From: an uncultured Alphaproteobacteria bacterium
GTDB taxonomy: Bacteria; Pseudomonadota; Alphaproteobacteria; RF32; CAG-239
Length of the DNA stretch: 64,000 nt
Reading direction: 5' to 3'
Assembly: GCA_944391345.1 (NCBI GenBank)
Contig: CALXTE010000004.1
Span: forward strand, 29,275-93,274
In this document: positions 9,284-18,730 of the stretch, piece after piece
Layout of the letters: the number at the start of each line of letters is the position of its first letter
Position numbering within the stretch: the stretch's first letter is position 1
Notes under the pieces: model-generated
Told to the model about the DNA's origin: nothing
What the model saw: only the letters and a program-made list of their open reading frames with translations
Database searches by the model: none
Position numbers and translations under genes: made by a program

Positions 9284-10648
9284 ATGAGAAAAAATGCTTT
9301 ACATATTGTGCTTTTGACCACCACTCTTTTAATGTCGGCCGGTTGTGCTACTTTCCAGCCTTATCCGACGACGGTGGCCGATGAGCTTAATTATACACGT
9401 AGCGTACAAGAAAAATATAAGGCTAATGCCGAGTGGTGGACGGCTTATAATAATGCTGAACTTAATCAGTTGGTTGAAACGGCACTAGCTAATAATCCGG
9501 ATTATCTGAAAGCTGCAATTGCTATTAATCAAGAGCTCTATCGGCTTAATTTAACCAATGCCGATTTGTTTCCGACTTTGTCCGGCGGGTTAAGCGCTTC
9601 AAGCCAGCGGCAGATTGATACGCATGATAATTTTGCGGATAATTTTTCGGGTGAACTCGGCCTAAGCTATGAAGTTGATTTATATGGCAAAATCCGTGAT
9701 TTGAATGATGCACAGGCGTTTGAATATCAAGCAACTATTTTAGATAAAGAAACGGCCAAGCTTGCACTTATCAATAGTGTGGTCGATTTGTATTTTAATT
9801 TGGAGTATCTAAGCAATACGATTGATGTTACTCAAAGCAACATTAAAATGTATGAAGATATGAAAAACATTGCCGAAGCAAAATATAAGACAGGGAAGGC
9901 GGACAATGTTGAGTTTTTGGAGGCCAAGCAAAGCTTGTTGTCCGAACAAAATCGCTTACTCGAGCTTGAAACCCAATTCAAAGAAATGGAGGCAAGTCTT
10001 AAAAATATTCTCAACACGCGTCAAGAAGCTGCTCTTAATCTGAAATTTGGTAATATTCTTGATCAAAAGACGCTGGGGGTTAATCTTGATGTGCCGCTTT
10101 CGGTCTTGGCTAATCGTCCCGATTTGTTGGCCAGTCAATATCGCTTGGAAAAAAGTTTTAAAACTCTTGAGTCCGAAAGTAAAAACTGGTATCCGAGCGT
10201 TTCTTTGCGGACGGCTTTATCATCTTCTTCAAACAAGGCGCGGTCAACCTTTGATGTGCCGTTTGTGATGGGAAGTCTTTCCGTAGATTTACCGTTTTTG
10301 GACTGGACACGCGTTAAAAATAATATCAAAATTTCGGAGGCGGATTATCAAATTGCTTTTATTGACTTTAATGATACGCTTAATCAAGCGGTTAATGAAG
10401 TGGGATATTATTATTTCGCTTATGAAAAATCTACTCAGAGTTTTGATAACATCAATGAAAATTATCAGAATTCGCTTGAAATTACGCAATATTATAAGGA
10501 ACGCTATAACAACGGAAAAATCGAATTTCGCGATTATCTGCAAGCTCTTTACAGCAAAAATTCTTTGCGCAACAGCTTAATTCAGCAGAAATATCAAATT
10601 ATTAAATATGAAAACTATATTTACAAGGCCATGGCCGGAAGATATTAG
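9284..10648 (+). CDS. Outer-membrane efflux factor lipoprotein (NodT/TolC family)
   Basis: ATG at 9284 follows the macB stop. Lipobox LLMSAGC. Two TolC-like repeat halves. Third gene of the macAB unit. Confidence 0.85.
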   Translation: MRKNALHIVLLTTTLLMSAGCATFQPYPTTVADELNYTRSVQEKYKANAEWWTAYNNAELNQLVETALANNPDYLKAAIAINQELYRLNLTNADLFPTLSGGLSASSQRQIDTHDNFADNFSGELGLSYEVDLYGKIRDLNDAQAFEYQATILDKETAKLALINSVVDLYFNLEYLSNTIDVTQSNIKMYEDMKNIAEAKYKTGKADNVEFLEAKQSLLSEQNRLLELETQFKEMEASLKNILNTRQEAALNLKFGNILDQKTLGVNLDVPLSVLANRPDLLASQYRLEKSFKTLESESKNWYPSVSLRTALSSSSNKARSTFDVPFVMGSLSVDLPFLDWTRVKNNIKISEADYQIAFIDFNDTLNQAVNEVGYYYFAYEKSTQSFDNINENYQNSLEITQYYKERYNNGKIEFRDYLQALYSKNSLRNSLIQQKYQIIKYENYIYKAMAGRY

Positions 10649-10672
10649 GGATATTTTTATAAAAAAAAGTAC

Positions 10673-10703
10673 TTGACTTAGAGTATGCTCTATCTTTTAG
10701 ACT
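10673..10703 (+). promoter_or_regulatory. Second copy of the MerR-type 19-nt-spacer promoter, upstream of the hydrolase-cupin pair
   Basis: TTGACT (10673-78), then a 19-nt spacer carrying the dyad TAGAG-TATG-CTCTA (10679-92), then TAGACT (10698-703). It shares 15 identical nt with 34-48 and a similar TTGAAAGG ribosome-binding leader. Confidence 0.5.
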
Positions 10704-10738
10704 TTTAACGTAAAAAGTTCTTTTTGAAAGGTAACTCT

Positions 10739-11755
10739 ATGAAAATACTTGTTTCTCTTGTCGTATTGGCGGCTGTTTTGATTGGTTGGAAAGTCTATTT
10801 TGCTCGGTCGTGGGATAAGACTTTTCTTAAAAGTGATAAGGTGATTGTTAAAAAAGTTTCGTTTAAGAATCGATATGGCATTTCCTTAGTCGGTGATTTA
10901 TATCTGCCGAAAAATCCTCAATCTGCGAAACTGGCAGCGATTGCCATCAGCGGGCCGTTTGGGGCGGTTAAAGAACAAGCGTCCGGCTTATATGCCCAAA
11001 CTATGGCGGAACGTGGTTTTGCAGCCTTGGCTTTTGATCCGTCTTATACCGGCGAAAGCGGCGGCGAACCCCGAAGCGTGGCTTCTCCTGATATTAATAC
11101 CGAAGATTTTAGTGCGGCGGTTGACTTTTTGAGCAATTTATCAAATATTGATCCTGAAAAAATCGGAATTCTCGGAATTTGCGGTTTTGGTGGTATGGGC
11201 TTGAATGCCGCAGCTATGGATACACGCATTAAAGCGGTTGTTACTTCAACTATGTATGATATGAGCCGCGTGAATGCCAATGGTTATTTTGACGCTATGG
11301 GTGAAAAAGAGCGCTATGAGTTAAAACAAGCTCTTAACGCTCAGAGAACCCAAGATTTTAAAAATAACTCTTATGCCAAAGCTCCAGGGTTGCCCGACAA
11401 ATTATCCGGTGATGAACCGCAGTTTGTTAAGGATTATTACGGGTATTACAAAACGTCTCGCGGATGTTATCCCCGTTCGATTAACTCTAACGGAAACTGG
11501 AATATGACTTCATCTTTGTCGTTTATCAATATGCCTTTACTGTCTTATAGTTCCGAAATTAAAAGTCCGGTTTTGATGATTCATGGTGAAAAAGCGCATA
11601 GTCGTTATTTTAGTGAAGATGCTTTTAAGAAACTTACCGGCGATAATAAGGAGCTAATGATTATCCCTGGGGCTAATCATGTTGATTTGTATGATAATCT
11701 GGAAAAAATTCCGTTTGATAAAATCACGCAATTTTTTCAAGAAAATCTGAAATAA
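10739..11755 (+). CDS. Alpha/beta hydrolase with an N-terminal membrane anchor or signal
   Basis: MKILVSLVVLAAVLIGW anchor. Nucleophile elbow GICGFGG. Size and order are typical of dienelactone-hydrolase-like alpha/beta folds. Confidence 0.75.
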   Translation: MKILVSLVVLAAVLIGWKVYFARSWDKTFLKSDKVIVKKVSFKNRYGISLVGDLYLPKNPQSAKLAAIAISGPFGAVKEQASGLYAQTMAERGFAALAFDPSYTGESGGEPRSVASPDINTEDFSAAVDFLSNLSNIDPEKIGILGICGFGGMGLNAAAMDTRIKAVVTSTMYDMSRVNANGYFDAMGEKERYELKQALNAQRTQDFKNNSYAKAPGLPDKLSGDEPQFVKDYYGYYKTSRGCYPRSINSNGNWNMTSSLSFINMPLLSYSSEIKSPVLMIHGEKAHSRYFSEDAFKKLTGDNKELMIIPGANHVDLYDNLEKIPFDKITQFFQENLK

Positions 11756-11773
11756 AATAGGGGAAGGGTAATT

Positions 11774-12238
11774 ATGCGTTTTTTTCTTTCTTTTCTTTTT
11801 AGCTGTTTTTTAATTTCTATTGCGGAGGCTCAAGAAATGAATAAGGCTCAAGTTGATACTGTTTTTGAACAAGGCGAATCTAATCCTTATGGTAAGTTTT
11901 TTACCGGTCAGACTTATTTGAACATGCTGGTTGTAAAAGATGATGTGTTTAACTCATCTATCGGAAATGTTACCTTTGAGCCCGGTGCGCGGACAAACTG
12001 GCACAAGCATAGCGGCGGGCAAATCCTGTTGGTTTTAGCAGGAGAGGGGCGCTATCAAGAACGTAATGGAGAAATCCGTGTTCTTAAAAAAGGCGATGTT
12101 GTCAAAATTCCTCCCGAGGTTGAACATTGGCATGGGGCGGCTCCGGACCAATGGTTTACGCATATTTCGATTGAGCCAAACTTGCCGAATAATCAATCTA
12201 CGTGGCTTGAGCCGGTTGGGGAGGACATCTATCGGTAA
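11774..12238 (+). CDS. Cupin-domain protein with a signal peptide
   Basis: MRFFLSFLFSCFLISIAEA-Q signal. Cupin motifs NWHKHSGGQILLVLAGEG and IPPEVEHWHGA. Confidence 0.8.
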   Translation: MRFFLSFLFSCFLISIAEAQEMNKAQVDTVFEQGESNPYGKFFTGQTYLNMLVVKDDVFNSSIGNVTFEPGARTNWHKHSGGQILLVLAGEGRYQERNGEIRVLKKGDVVKIPPEVEHWHGAAPDQWFTHISIEPNLPNNQSTWLEPVGEDIYR

Positions 12239-12317
12239 GTTTTTTCTTGATTTTTGTGTATCAATCTGATAGATTTGCGCTGATTGAATTTTATTGTGTT
12301 AATTAATATATGATATT

Positions 12318-12914
12318 ATGAAAGTTAAATTTTTTGTTTTTGATGTCGGGAATGTTTGTTATCCGTATTCACTGAAACCGTTGAATGATCTTTTTCGTAA
12401 ATGTTCTACATATCCGGAAGATTTTGACAGTCAAGGCGGAATAAAGGCTTTTGATTTTAAGCCTTATATGCTTGGAGAACAAACTTTTACGCAGTTTTGC
12501 AAAGCCCTGTGCAAACATTTTGACATTGCTTATACTTTATCGCTTAAAAAGAATATTGAAGTTGCCTTATGTGATGGGGTTGGAACTTTTTATTCTGAAA
12601 CTTTGGCCGCGATGAGGTTTTTGCGTGCTCAAGGAAAGCAACTTTGTTTGCTGTCAAATGCATTGCCTTGTCTGGCAGGTTCAGCGTCAGAGCTTGTTTA
12701 TAAGAAAAGAGCTTTTGTGTCTTATCGTTTGCATTTGCTCAAACCTGATGTCAGAATCTATCAAAAGGTGTTAGAGCAACTTAAAGCTACTCCGGATGAG
12801 GTTGTCTTTATTGATGACAAACCGGCGAATGTTGAAGCTGCACAGTCTTTGGGAATTTCTGGAATTGTTTTTCAAAAAGAAACAATCCTTGATGAGGTTA
12901 AAAAATTTATCTAA
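12318..12914 (+). CDS. HAD-superfamily hydrolase (subfamily IA-like)
   Basis: The N-terminal FVFDVGNV matches DxD motif I. LLSNA matches motif II. The C-terminal FIDDKPANV matches motif IV. Confidence 0.7.
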   Translation: MKVKFFVFDVGNVCYPYSLKPLNDLFRKCSTYPEDFDSQGGIKAFDFKPYMLGEQTFTQFCKALCKHFDIAYTLSLKKNIEVALCDGVGTFYSETLAAMRFLRAQGKQLCLLSNALPCLAGSASELVYKKRAFVSYRLHLLKPDVRIYQKVLEQLKATPDEVVFIDDKPANVEAAQSLGISGIVFQKETILDEVKKFI

Positions 12915-12952
12915 AAAAATAACCGTTCTTTTCTTAGAACGGTTATTTTTTT
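12914..12952. terminator. Bidirectional terminator between the HAD gene and the PIG-L gene
   Basis: AAAAAATAACCGTTC-loop-GAACGGTTATTTTTTT. Confidence 0.85.
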
Positions 12953-13643
12953 AGCCTTCTATGGTATATGCTTCTTCATAGGCGATGTTATGTCTGATGC
13001 CTCGGTATTTGTTTAATCCTAATATGCGGTCGGCGTAATCACGGTTGTTTTGCGATATATACATATCTATGGCTTTTCTTTTTTGCTCAACCATATCACT
13101 TATATCTATATAATGGGTCGGTGTTGCCATGGCTCCCCATACTTCATAGTAAACGGCTTTTGCTTTTAATTTTTGTTCCTTTTTTAAGCGCTTGAAGAAG
13201 GCCTGAGGAACAACATGATCTTTATGCGGATCAAGTGGGTGAGGCATGACAATATAGTTATAATCTTTTAGGTTTAACTTCTTAAATTTGTCATAACTTT
13301 CTATTAAAGTTGTGTCTTCGGCGCGCATAAATTCAAAATTTGTTATGCCGAAAAAATTCATGACGCGTTTGAATTCTTCTTCTCTGATGTTTTGTGTTTT
13401 TTCTTTGTTGGTTGCATTATAGGCGCCGTCGGTTAAGAGAATGACGCTGCATTGCTTTCCGTATTTGGCCAATAATCCGCCGCAGCCGATTGATTCATCA
13501 TCAGCATGAGGCGCCAAAATGCAGATTTTGTCATCCGGTTTGATTTTCCATTCTTTTATTTTGGGTAAATCAGCTAGCTGATAATTGTTTATTTTATTTA
13601 TAAAAAAGCGTTTTAATTTTTTCAGGCCCATAGCTTTCCTCAT
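12951..13643 (-). CDS. PIG-L/LmbE-family N-acetylglucosaminyl deacetylase
   Basis: ILAPHADDESIGCGG is the PIG-L zinc-site signature. The downstream HPLDPHKDH is a His-rich motif. Confidence 0.8.
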   Translation of the reverse strand: MRKAMGLKKLKRFFINKINNYQLADLPKIKEWKIKPDDKICILAPHADDESIGCGGLLAKYGKQCSVILLTDGAYNATNKEKTQNIREEEFKRVMNFFGITNFEFMRAEDTTLIESYDKFKKLNLKDYNYIVMPHPLDPHKDHVVPQAFFKRLKKEQKLKAKAVYYEVWGAMATPTHYIDISDMVEQKRKAIDMYISQNNRDYADRILGLNKYRGIRHNIAYEEAYTIEG

Positions 13644-13743
13644 TGATTTTGTTTTTTTTTACTTTAGCCTGATAATTTATTAAAACAATAAGAATTTATT
13701 CTTTGTCCTCGAATATTTCCAAAATCTAAAAAAATCAGCCTGT

Positions 13744-14541
13744 TTAGGCTGATTTTTTTACCAAAGTCCAAGATGATTTTTTTGATGTTTTTAGTTTTAT
13801 TAATATCTTTTCATCTTTTGGCAGGGTTAAAATGGCTGTTGGTCGGTTCTTTTTATATTTTCTGATAATATATTCTTGACCAAAGAGCTTTATTTTTAGT
13901 TTGTCTTCTATTTTCCAATCGGGTTTCCAGTGGCCGGTGTAATGATGTATGGCGTAAGAATCTTTTCCTTCTTTAGCAAAATAAAAACAATTATAGATGT
14001 ATGAATTCGGATAAAATTCAATTTGCCCTTCACGAATGTAGATCTTTTCTAATTTATATTTTTCGGTTAAGACTTTTACAAAATATTCAGGATTGGTGGT
14101 GCGGTTGAAACTTCCGTCCGGATTAATGAATTTTGTTTCATCATATACAGACAAAAGGTCTTTTATTATTTTATTTTTGGGAGTTGTTCCAATCAAGGCC
14201 GGGCTTAATGTGCGGGCAGAACCACAAGATTGGCATCCCATGAAAAAGTCATGTTCTAAAAACTTATCTAATGGCCGTAAAACTTCTTCGTCCGTATCCA
14301 TGTAAATGCCGCCGTATTCATATAAGGCCTTTAATCGGGCGTAGTCAGAGGCAAAAGCGTATTGTTTGTTTTTATAAGCTTGTTCAAAGTATTCATTTTT
14401 GAATTCTGAGATTTTGCTATCATCCCAGCGCATGATCTTATAGTCTGGAAGAAGCTTTTTCCAGCTTTCAAGGCATTTTTGTTCTTTTTCACCGAGCTCG
14501 TTGCCGCCGAACCATACATAGTGAATTATCTTTGGTATCAT
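13744..14541 (-). CDS. Glycosyltransferase, GT32-like (sugar-transferase DXD family)
   Basis: MIPKIIHYVWFGG, SDYARLKALYEYGGIYMDTDEE (DxD). Paralog of 15686-16498. Confidence 0.8.
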   Translation of the reverse strand: MIPKIIHYVWFGGNELGEKEQKCLESWKKLLPDYKIMRWDDSKISEFKNEYFEQAYKNKQYAFASDYARLKALYEYGGIYMDTDEEVLRPLDKFLEHDFFMGCQSCGSARTLSPALIGTTPKNKIIKDLLSVYDETKFINPDGSFNRTTNPEYFVKVLTEKYKLEKIYIREGQIEFYPNSYIYNCFYFAKEGKDSYAIHHYTGHWKPDWKIEDKLKIKLFGQEYIIRKYKKNRPTAILTLPKDEKILIKLKTSKKSSWTLVKKSA

Positions 14542-15674
14542 TGTTTATCCTTTGTAATTTGTTTGAACAGCTCATCCCATTGGTCGAGAATAATTTCCGG
14601 TGCATAAGCCTTCATATCCTCATGAGCGTTTTTGCCGAATTTTATTCTTAATTCTTTGTCAGACATCAATTTTTTGAGCTTATCGGCAAAGTCATCAACG
14701 TCTTTGGCCAAAAAGCCGTTGTGTCCGTCAATGATAATTTCGTTGACCGAGTGTGCGTAATCAAAGCCGATATGCGGCAGGCCGATAGACATAGCATCAG
14801 CAATGGCCAAGCTAAAGCCTTCACAAACGCTTGGAAAAGCGTGAATGTCGGCACTGCGGTATAGTCCTTCAATGTCCATCGTATATCCGGCAAGTGATAC
14901 TTGGTTTTCAAGCTGATGCTCTTTGATGAAGTTTGCAATCTCTTGATTGTAGTCTTCATATTTGGCGGTTCCCCAAATTTCTACTTTCCAGTCAGGAAAG
15001 TCTTTTGCTATTTTGGCAAAGGCTTCAATCAGCAGGTGAGGTTGTTTTATTCTTCTTTCTACCCGTGCGACATAAATAATTTTTTTCTTTTCTTTAGATA
15101 AGTCAACAAGTTCGTTTTCTTTATATTGTTTAACCGGATTGGCTATTCTGACAATATTTTTGGGTTCAAAAAACGGATCTATTTTACCTTTATAAGAATT
15201 CATCAATACCTGAAAAGTATTTACTTTTTTGAAACTTTGCTTGCAAAAATAGCGACTGATAATGTTTTTTCTCATGATTTTTCTTAAAAGAACCGGCGGA
15301 TAATTGTGCACCATTTGGATAATCGGCGCTTTATGATCCTGAAAGCGCGTAATGTTGTATAAATCCGTCGGAAAGTATGAGAGCAAAATATCCGGTTGTT
15401 CTGCTTCAATAAGCTTATTAAAGCGGAAATAGGGCGGGATAATCTTGTTTCTGACGGCGATGAAAATGTTTTTTAATTTATTGTTGGTTTTAGCACTCAG
15501 GTTACAAATTCTGACTTTGGGGTCAATATCATAGCCAACGCCGGTTTTGCCAAGTTTTGAGTAAGTGTCGCAAGCAATAACAACCTCGTGTCCGCGGCTG
15601 ATAAATAAGTTTGCCAAATAAACCACCCAGTTGGTGTTTAGAACGTTGCGATCTCTGACCATCATTATTTTCAT
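14538..15674 (-). CDS. Glycosyltransferase, GT4-like
   Basis: 378 aa. C-terminal FPSVCEGFSLAIADAMSIGLP (EX7E-type motif). 4-nt overlap with the downstream gene. Confidence 0.8.
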   Translation of the reverse strand: MKIMMVRDRNVLNTNWVVYLANLFISRGHEVVIACDTYSKLGKTGVGYDIDPKVRICNLSAKTNNKLKNIFIAVRNKIIPPYFRFNKLIEAEQPDILLSYFPTDLYNITRFQDHKAPIIQMVHNYPPVLLRKIMRKNIISRYFCKQSFKKVNTFQVLMNSYKGKIDPFFEPKNIVRIANPVKQYKENELVDLSKEKKKIIYVARVERRIKQPHLLIEAFAKIAKDFPDWKVEIWGTAKYEDYNQEIANFIKEHQLENQVSLAGYTMDIEGLYRSADIHAFPSVCEGFSLAIADAMSIGLPHIGFDYAHSVNEIIIDGHNGFLAKDVDDFADKLKKLMSDKELRIKFGKNAHEDMKAYAPEIILDQWDELFKQITKDKQ

Positions 15675-15685
15675 TGTTTTTTCCT

Positions 15686-16498
15686 TTATCTTTTATCAAT
15701 AGATAACAGCCATTTTCTGCGTTTTTTGATGTTTTTTTTGCAATCAAATTCCAAAAGTTTTTTTATCATTTCTTTGGGATAGGTAAAGGATTCATCACGC
15801 ATTTTTTTATAACGTCTTAAGCTTATTTTTTTATGCGGTGCATAAGGAATAGATATCTTAAATCTTATACTCCAAGCATCTCCCCATGAGCCTTCAAAAT
15901 GATGCACTGAATAGCACTCAGGATTGTCGCAGCAAAAATAGGTATCTGGATAAATTATTGAATTTTCATCTATTATTATCGGTTTGTCGTGGGTGTAGAC
16001 TTTTTTGATCCCCATGGACTTAAACACCGGAAGAAGTCTTGTGGTATTGCCGACTAAATCAGGCTTTCCATTGGGTTTAATAAAGCGAGCCGTATCATAA
16101 TATTCAAGCAAGCGTTTTATTATCGGGTTGCCTTTTTGGGCACCGATAATGCCGGTTCCAATGCTTTTGAAATGTCCGGAGCGCTCAGAGCCGATAAAAA
16201 ATTTGTGTTTTAAAAATTCATCAAAGCTGCGTCTGACTTCAACATCTGTATCAAGATAGATGCCACCTTCATGATATAAGGCGTAAAGTCTGAAGACATC
16301 AGAAACAAAGGCCCATTTTTTGCTTTCATAAGCCTCTTGCACATAGATATTATCTTTTAATAAATGTAAGTCTTTTTCTGACCATTCCCTTAATTCATAG
16401 TCAGGGAGGACTTTTTTCCAGGTTGCAATGCATTTTTTTGCAAGGTCGCTTTTTTCGCCATTGCCAAACCAACAATAATGTATTGTTTTAGGAATCAT
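15686..16498 (-). CDS. Glycosyltransferase, GT32-like (second copy)
   Basis: MIPKTIHYCWFGNG, SDVFRLYALYHEGGIYLDTDVE. Clearly paralogous to 13744-14541. Confidence 0.8.
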   Translation of the reverse strand: MIPKTIHYCWFGNGEKSDLAKKCIATWKKVLPDYELREWSEKDLHLLKDNIYVQEAYESKKWAFVSDVFRLYALYHEGGIYLDTDVEVRRSFDEFLKHKFFIGSERSGHFKSIGTGIIGAQKGNPIIKRLLEYYDTARFIKPNGKPDLVGNTTRLLPVFKSMGIKKVYTHDKPIIIDENSIIYPDTYFCCDNPECYSVHHFEGSWGDAWSIRFKISIPYAPHKKISLRRYKKMRDESFTYPKEMIKKLLEFDCKKNIKKRRKWLLSIDKR

Positions 16499-16502
16499 GA
16501 AT

Positions 16503-17375
16503 TTACTCCTTGTTTATATGTTTTGAGTAGACAGGAATTTTGCAAATTTTTATTGTTTTTTTTCCTTTATGGGTAATTTTTTCTTGATAAAAAAAGCGCT
16601 TTAATCTTAGCAGTAAAGAGGCTATTTCAAAATCCGGTCTGCTGTCAAAGCCTTTTATTTTATATCCGGCAGCGGTTACGGCAATACAAAAAACTCTTTC
16701 TATAACATGAGATAAAGCACCGCCGCTTCCGGTTTTTTCTGAAGGAGTAAAATCTTGTGCCGTAAATTTATTTTGAAATATTTTCATTAAATCGGTTCTT
16801 ACCATAAACATGGTGCCTTCAACAAAGGTTTTATCAGAAGTATCTTTTATTCCGATTTTTTGAGCAACGGGATCAATTTTGTTAATTACATCCATTAATT
16901 TTTTAGGGTGAGAGGTTATTAGATATTTTGATCCTATCATGCCTAATTTCGGGTCTTTTGAAAAATTTTCAAGATTTTGTTTTATTATTTTGGGAGATCC
17001 TATAAGCGCTTCTATCAGTAATTTTTTCATCCAAACTCTTGAGAAAATTTTTTTGTTGGTTTTTACCGGAACATCAAATGAGGTGTTTTTTGTATGGATT
17101 TTAATGATATAACTATATTTATCCAAATCAACTTGATTTAAAACACTTAAAAACGGCCAGATATCGTGGCCTCTGTTTTCGGTAATCAAAATTTTTGTAT
17201 CTTTTTTGAAAGAAAGAATGTTGTTCCGAATTTCGGGACTAATTTCTACGCCGGTTATATATAAGTCATAATCATAGTCTGATAGGTTTGATAAATATTC
17301 GGCAAATTCGGGCCACATATCGGTATAATATAGATGTAAGTGGACTAACAGTGGTTTTTGTAAATTTTCTTGCAT
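16503..17375 (-). CDS. Rhamnan-synthesis protein F (RgpF)-like polysaccharide biosynthesis protein
   Basis: LLVHLHLYYTDMWPEF opening and overall layout resemble the RgpF family. Assigned from motif memory only. Confidence 0.6.
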   Translation of the reverse strand: MQENLQKPLLVHLHLYYTDMWPEFAEYLSNLSDYDYDLYITGVEISPEIRNNILSFKKDTKILITENRGHDIWPFLSVLNQVDLDKYSYIIKIHTKNTSFDVPVKTNKKIFSRVWMKKLLIEALIGSPKIIKQNLENFSKDPKLGMIGSKYLITSHPKKLMDVINKIDPVAQKIGIKDTSDKTFVEGTMFMVRTDLMKIFQNKFTAQDFTPSEKTGSGGALSHVIERVFCIAVTAAGYKIKGFDSRPDFEIASLLLRLKRFFYQEKITHKGKKTIKICKIPVYSKHINKE

Positions 17376-17377
17376 AA

Positions 17378-18559
17378 TTAATTGTCCTCTTTTTTGATAT
17401 CATTTATCAATTCCTGTGCGGCTTTTTGGCCTGATGCCAAAGCCTCAACTAAAGTTGAAGATCCTTCTTTACAATCTCCGGCTAAGATAATTTTTTCTCC
17501 TTCCGTTACTCTATCAGCACGGCTGCCGATGGCGGTGATGATTAAGTCAAGGCCTTTTAATTCAATCGTGGTGTCAGGCAGGGGAACTGCCTTGTTTTCT
17601 ACAATATGGTTACGATGAACATAAAGAGATAATTTTTCATTTTTTTCGATTTTTTCAGGGCTGGTCAGGGCCGTTATATTAATCTCTTTTTCAAAAAGTT
17701 CTTGGAATTCTTGCCTTGATATTTTCATGTCAGTTAAACGTCTGCGAACAAAAATTTCAATATTTTGCGCGCCGTTGCTCTTGGCGGTTAAGGCGCAATC
17801 AACCGCAACATTTCCGCCGCCGATGATGGCAATGTTTTGAGCGGCTTTGTATTTCTCCGGATGGGACAAATAATCTTTATAACAAGTGGAAAATTCTTCT
17901 CCCGCAATGTTTAATCTTATGGCGTGCTGTTCTCCATAAGCGATAATCACGCCGCTATAGCCCTGCTCAAGTAATTCTTGGGGATTTTCTATTTTATGGT
18001 TTAGCTGTAAACTTATGAGCGGTGATGATAATATTCTGTCACAATCTGCGTTTAATGCCTCGTGCGGCAATCTTTCTTCGGGAATATATTGTAATGCGCC
18101 GCCAATATGGTCTTTTGCTTCAAAAATATCCGTCATATATCCATTTTGAGCCAACTCTTTTGCAGCGGCTAAGCCGGCAGGACCGGCGCCGATGACGGCA
18201 ATCTTGTTTCCGTTATCGTTTATTTCTTTACGCTTCTTTTCCGCAAAAGTGCGATAATTTTTCATTAATGTCGCCTGAACCTTAGGAATGTTTATGGCGG
18301 AATCAAGATTTTTGCGAAGGCAGGCACTCATGCAGAATTTGTCCGGGCATATCAAGCCGCAGGTTTCTCCCATTGGATTGCGATTCATAATCGCTTCAAC
18401 GGCTTCTTTATATTTTTTTTCTTTGGCTAAACCAATGAATTCTTGGGGGGAGCAACCAACCGGACAGGCCTTCATGCAAGGCTTGTTGGGGCAGCCCAGA
18501 CATTTTTCTATTTCGGCCTTAATTTGTGCCGGTGTTAGGTATTGTTTTTTGTTGCTCAT
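17378..18559 (-). CDS. GltD-like NAD(P)H-dependent Fe-S flavin oxidoreductase (glutamate synthase small-subunit family)
   Basis: N-terminal Cys clusters (CLGCPNKPCMKACP, CGLICPDKFCMSAC). Dinucleotide fold IAVIGAGPAGLAAA and a second IAIIGGGNVAVD. Confidence 0.8.
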   Translation of the reverse strand: MSNKKQYLTPAQIKAEIEKCLGCPNKPCMKACPVGCSPQEFIGLAKEKKYKEAVEAIMNRNPMGETCGLICPDKFCMSACLRKNLDSAINIPKVQATLMKNYRTFAEKKRKEINDNGNKIAVIGAGPAGLAAAKELAQNGYMTDIFEAKDHIGGALQYIPEERLPHEALNADCDRILSSPLISLQLNHKIENPQELLEQGYSGVIIAYGEQHAIRLNIAGEEFSTCYKDYLSHPEKYKAAQNIAIIGGGNVAVDCALTAKSNGAQNIEIFVRRRLTDMKISRQEFQELFEKEINITALTSPEKIEKNEKLSLYVHRNHIVENKAVPLPDTTIELKGLDLIITAIGSRADRVTEGEKIILAGDCKEGSSTLVEALASGQKAAQELINDIKKEDN

Positions 18560-18669
18560 GGTGTCTTTTGTTTCTTTCTTGTATATGTTCTAGTATAGTC
18601 TTTTTTTTTAAGCTCAAAGTCAAGGTAAAAAATTTTTTATGTTGTAAAAAAAATATTAATTATTAAAAC

Positions 18670-18698
18670 TTGCATTTGTTGCACAATTATGCTATTAT
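18670..18698 (+). promoter_or_regulatory. Sigma-70-type promoter for the 18731 orphan gene
   Basis: TTGCAT (18670-75), 17 nt, TATTAT (18693-98). Confidence 0.55.
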
Positions 18699-18730
18699 CA
18701 ATATATGTTTATGCTTTGAGAAATAAAAAA

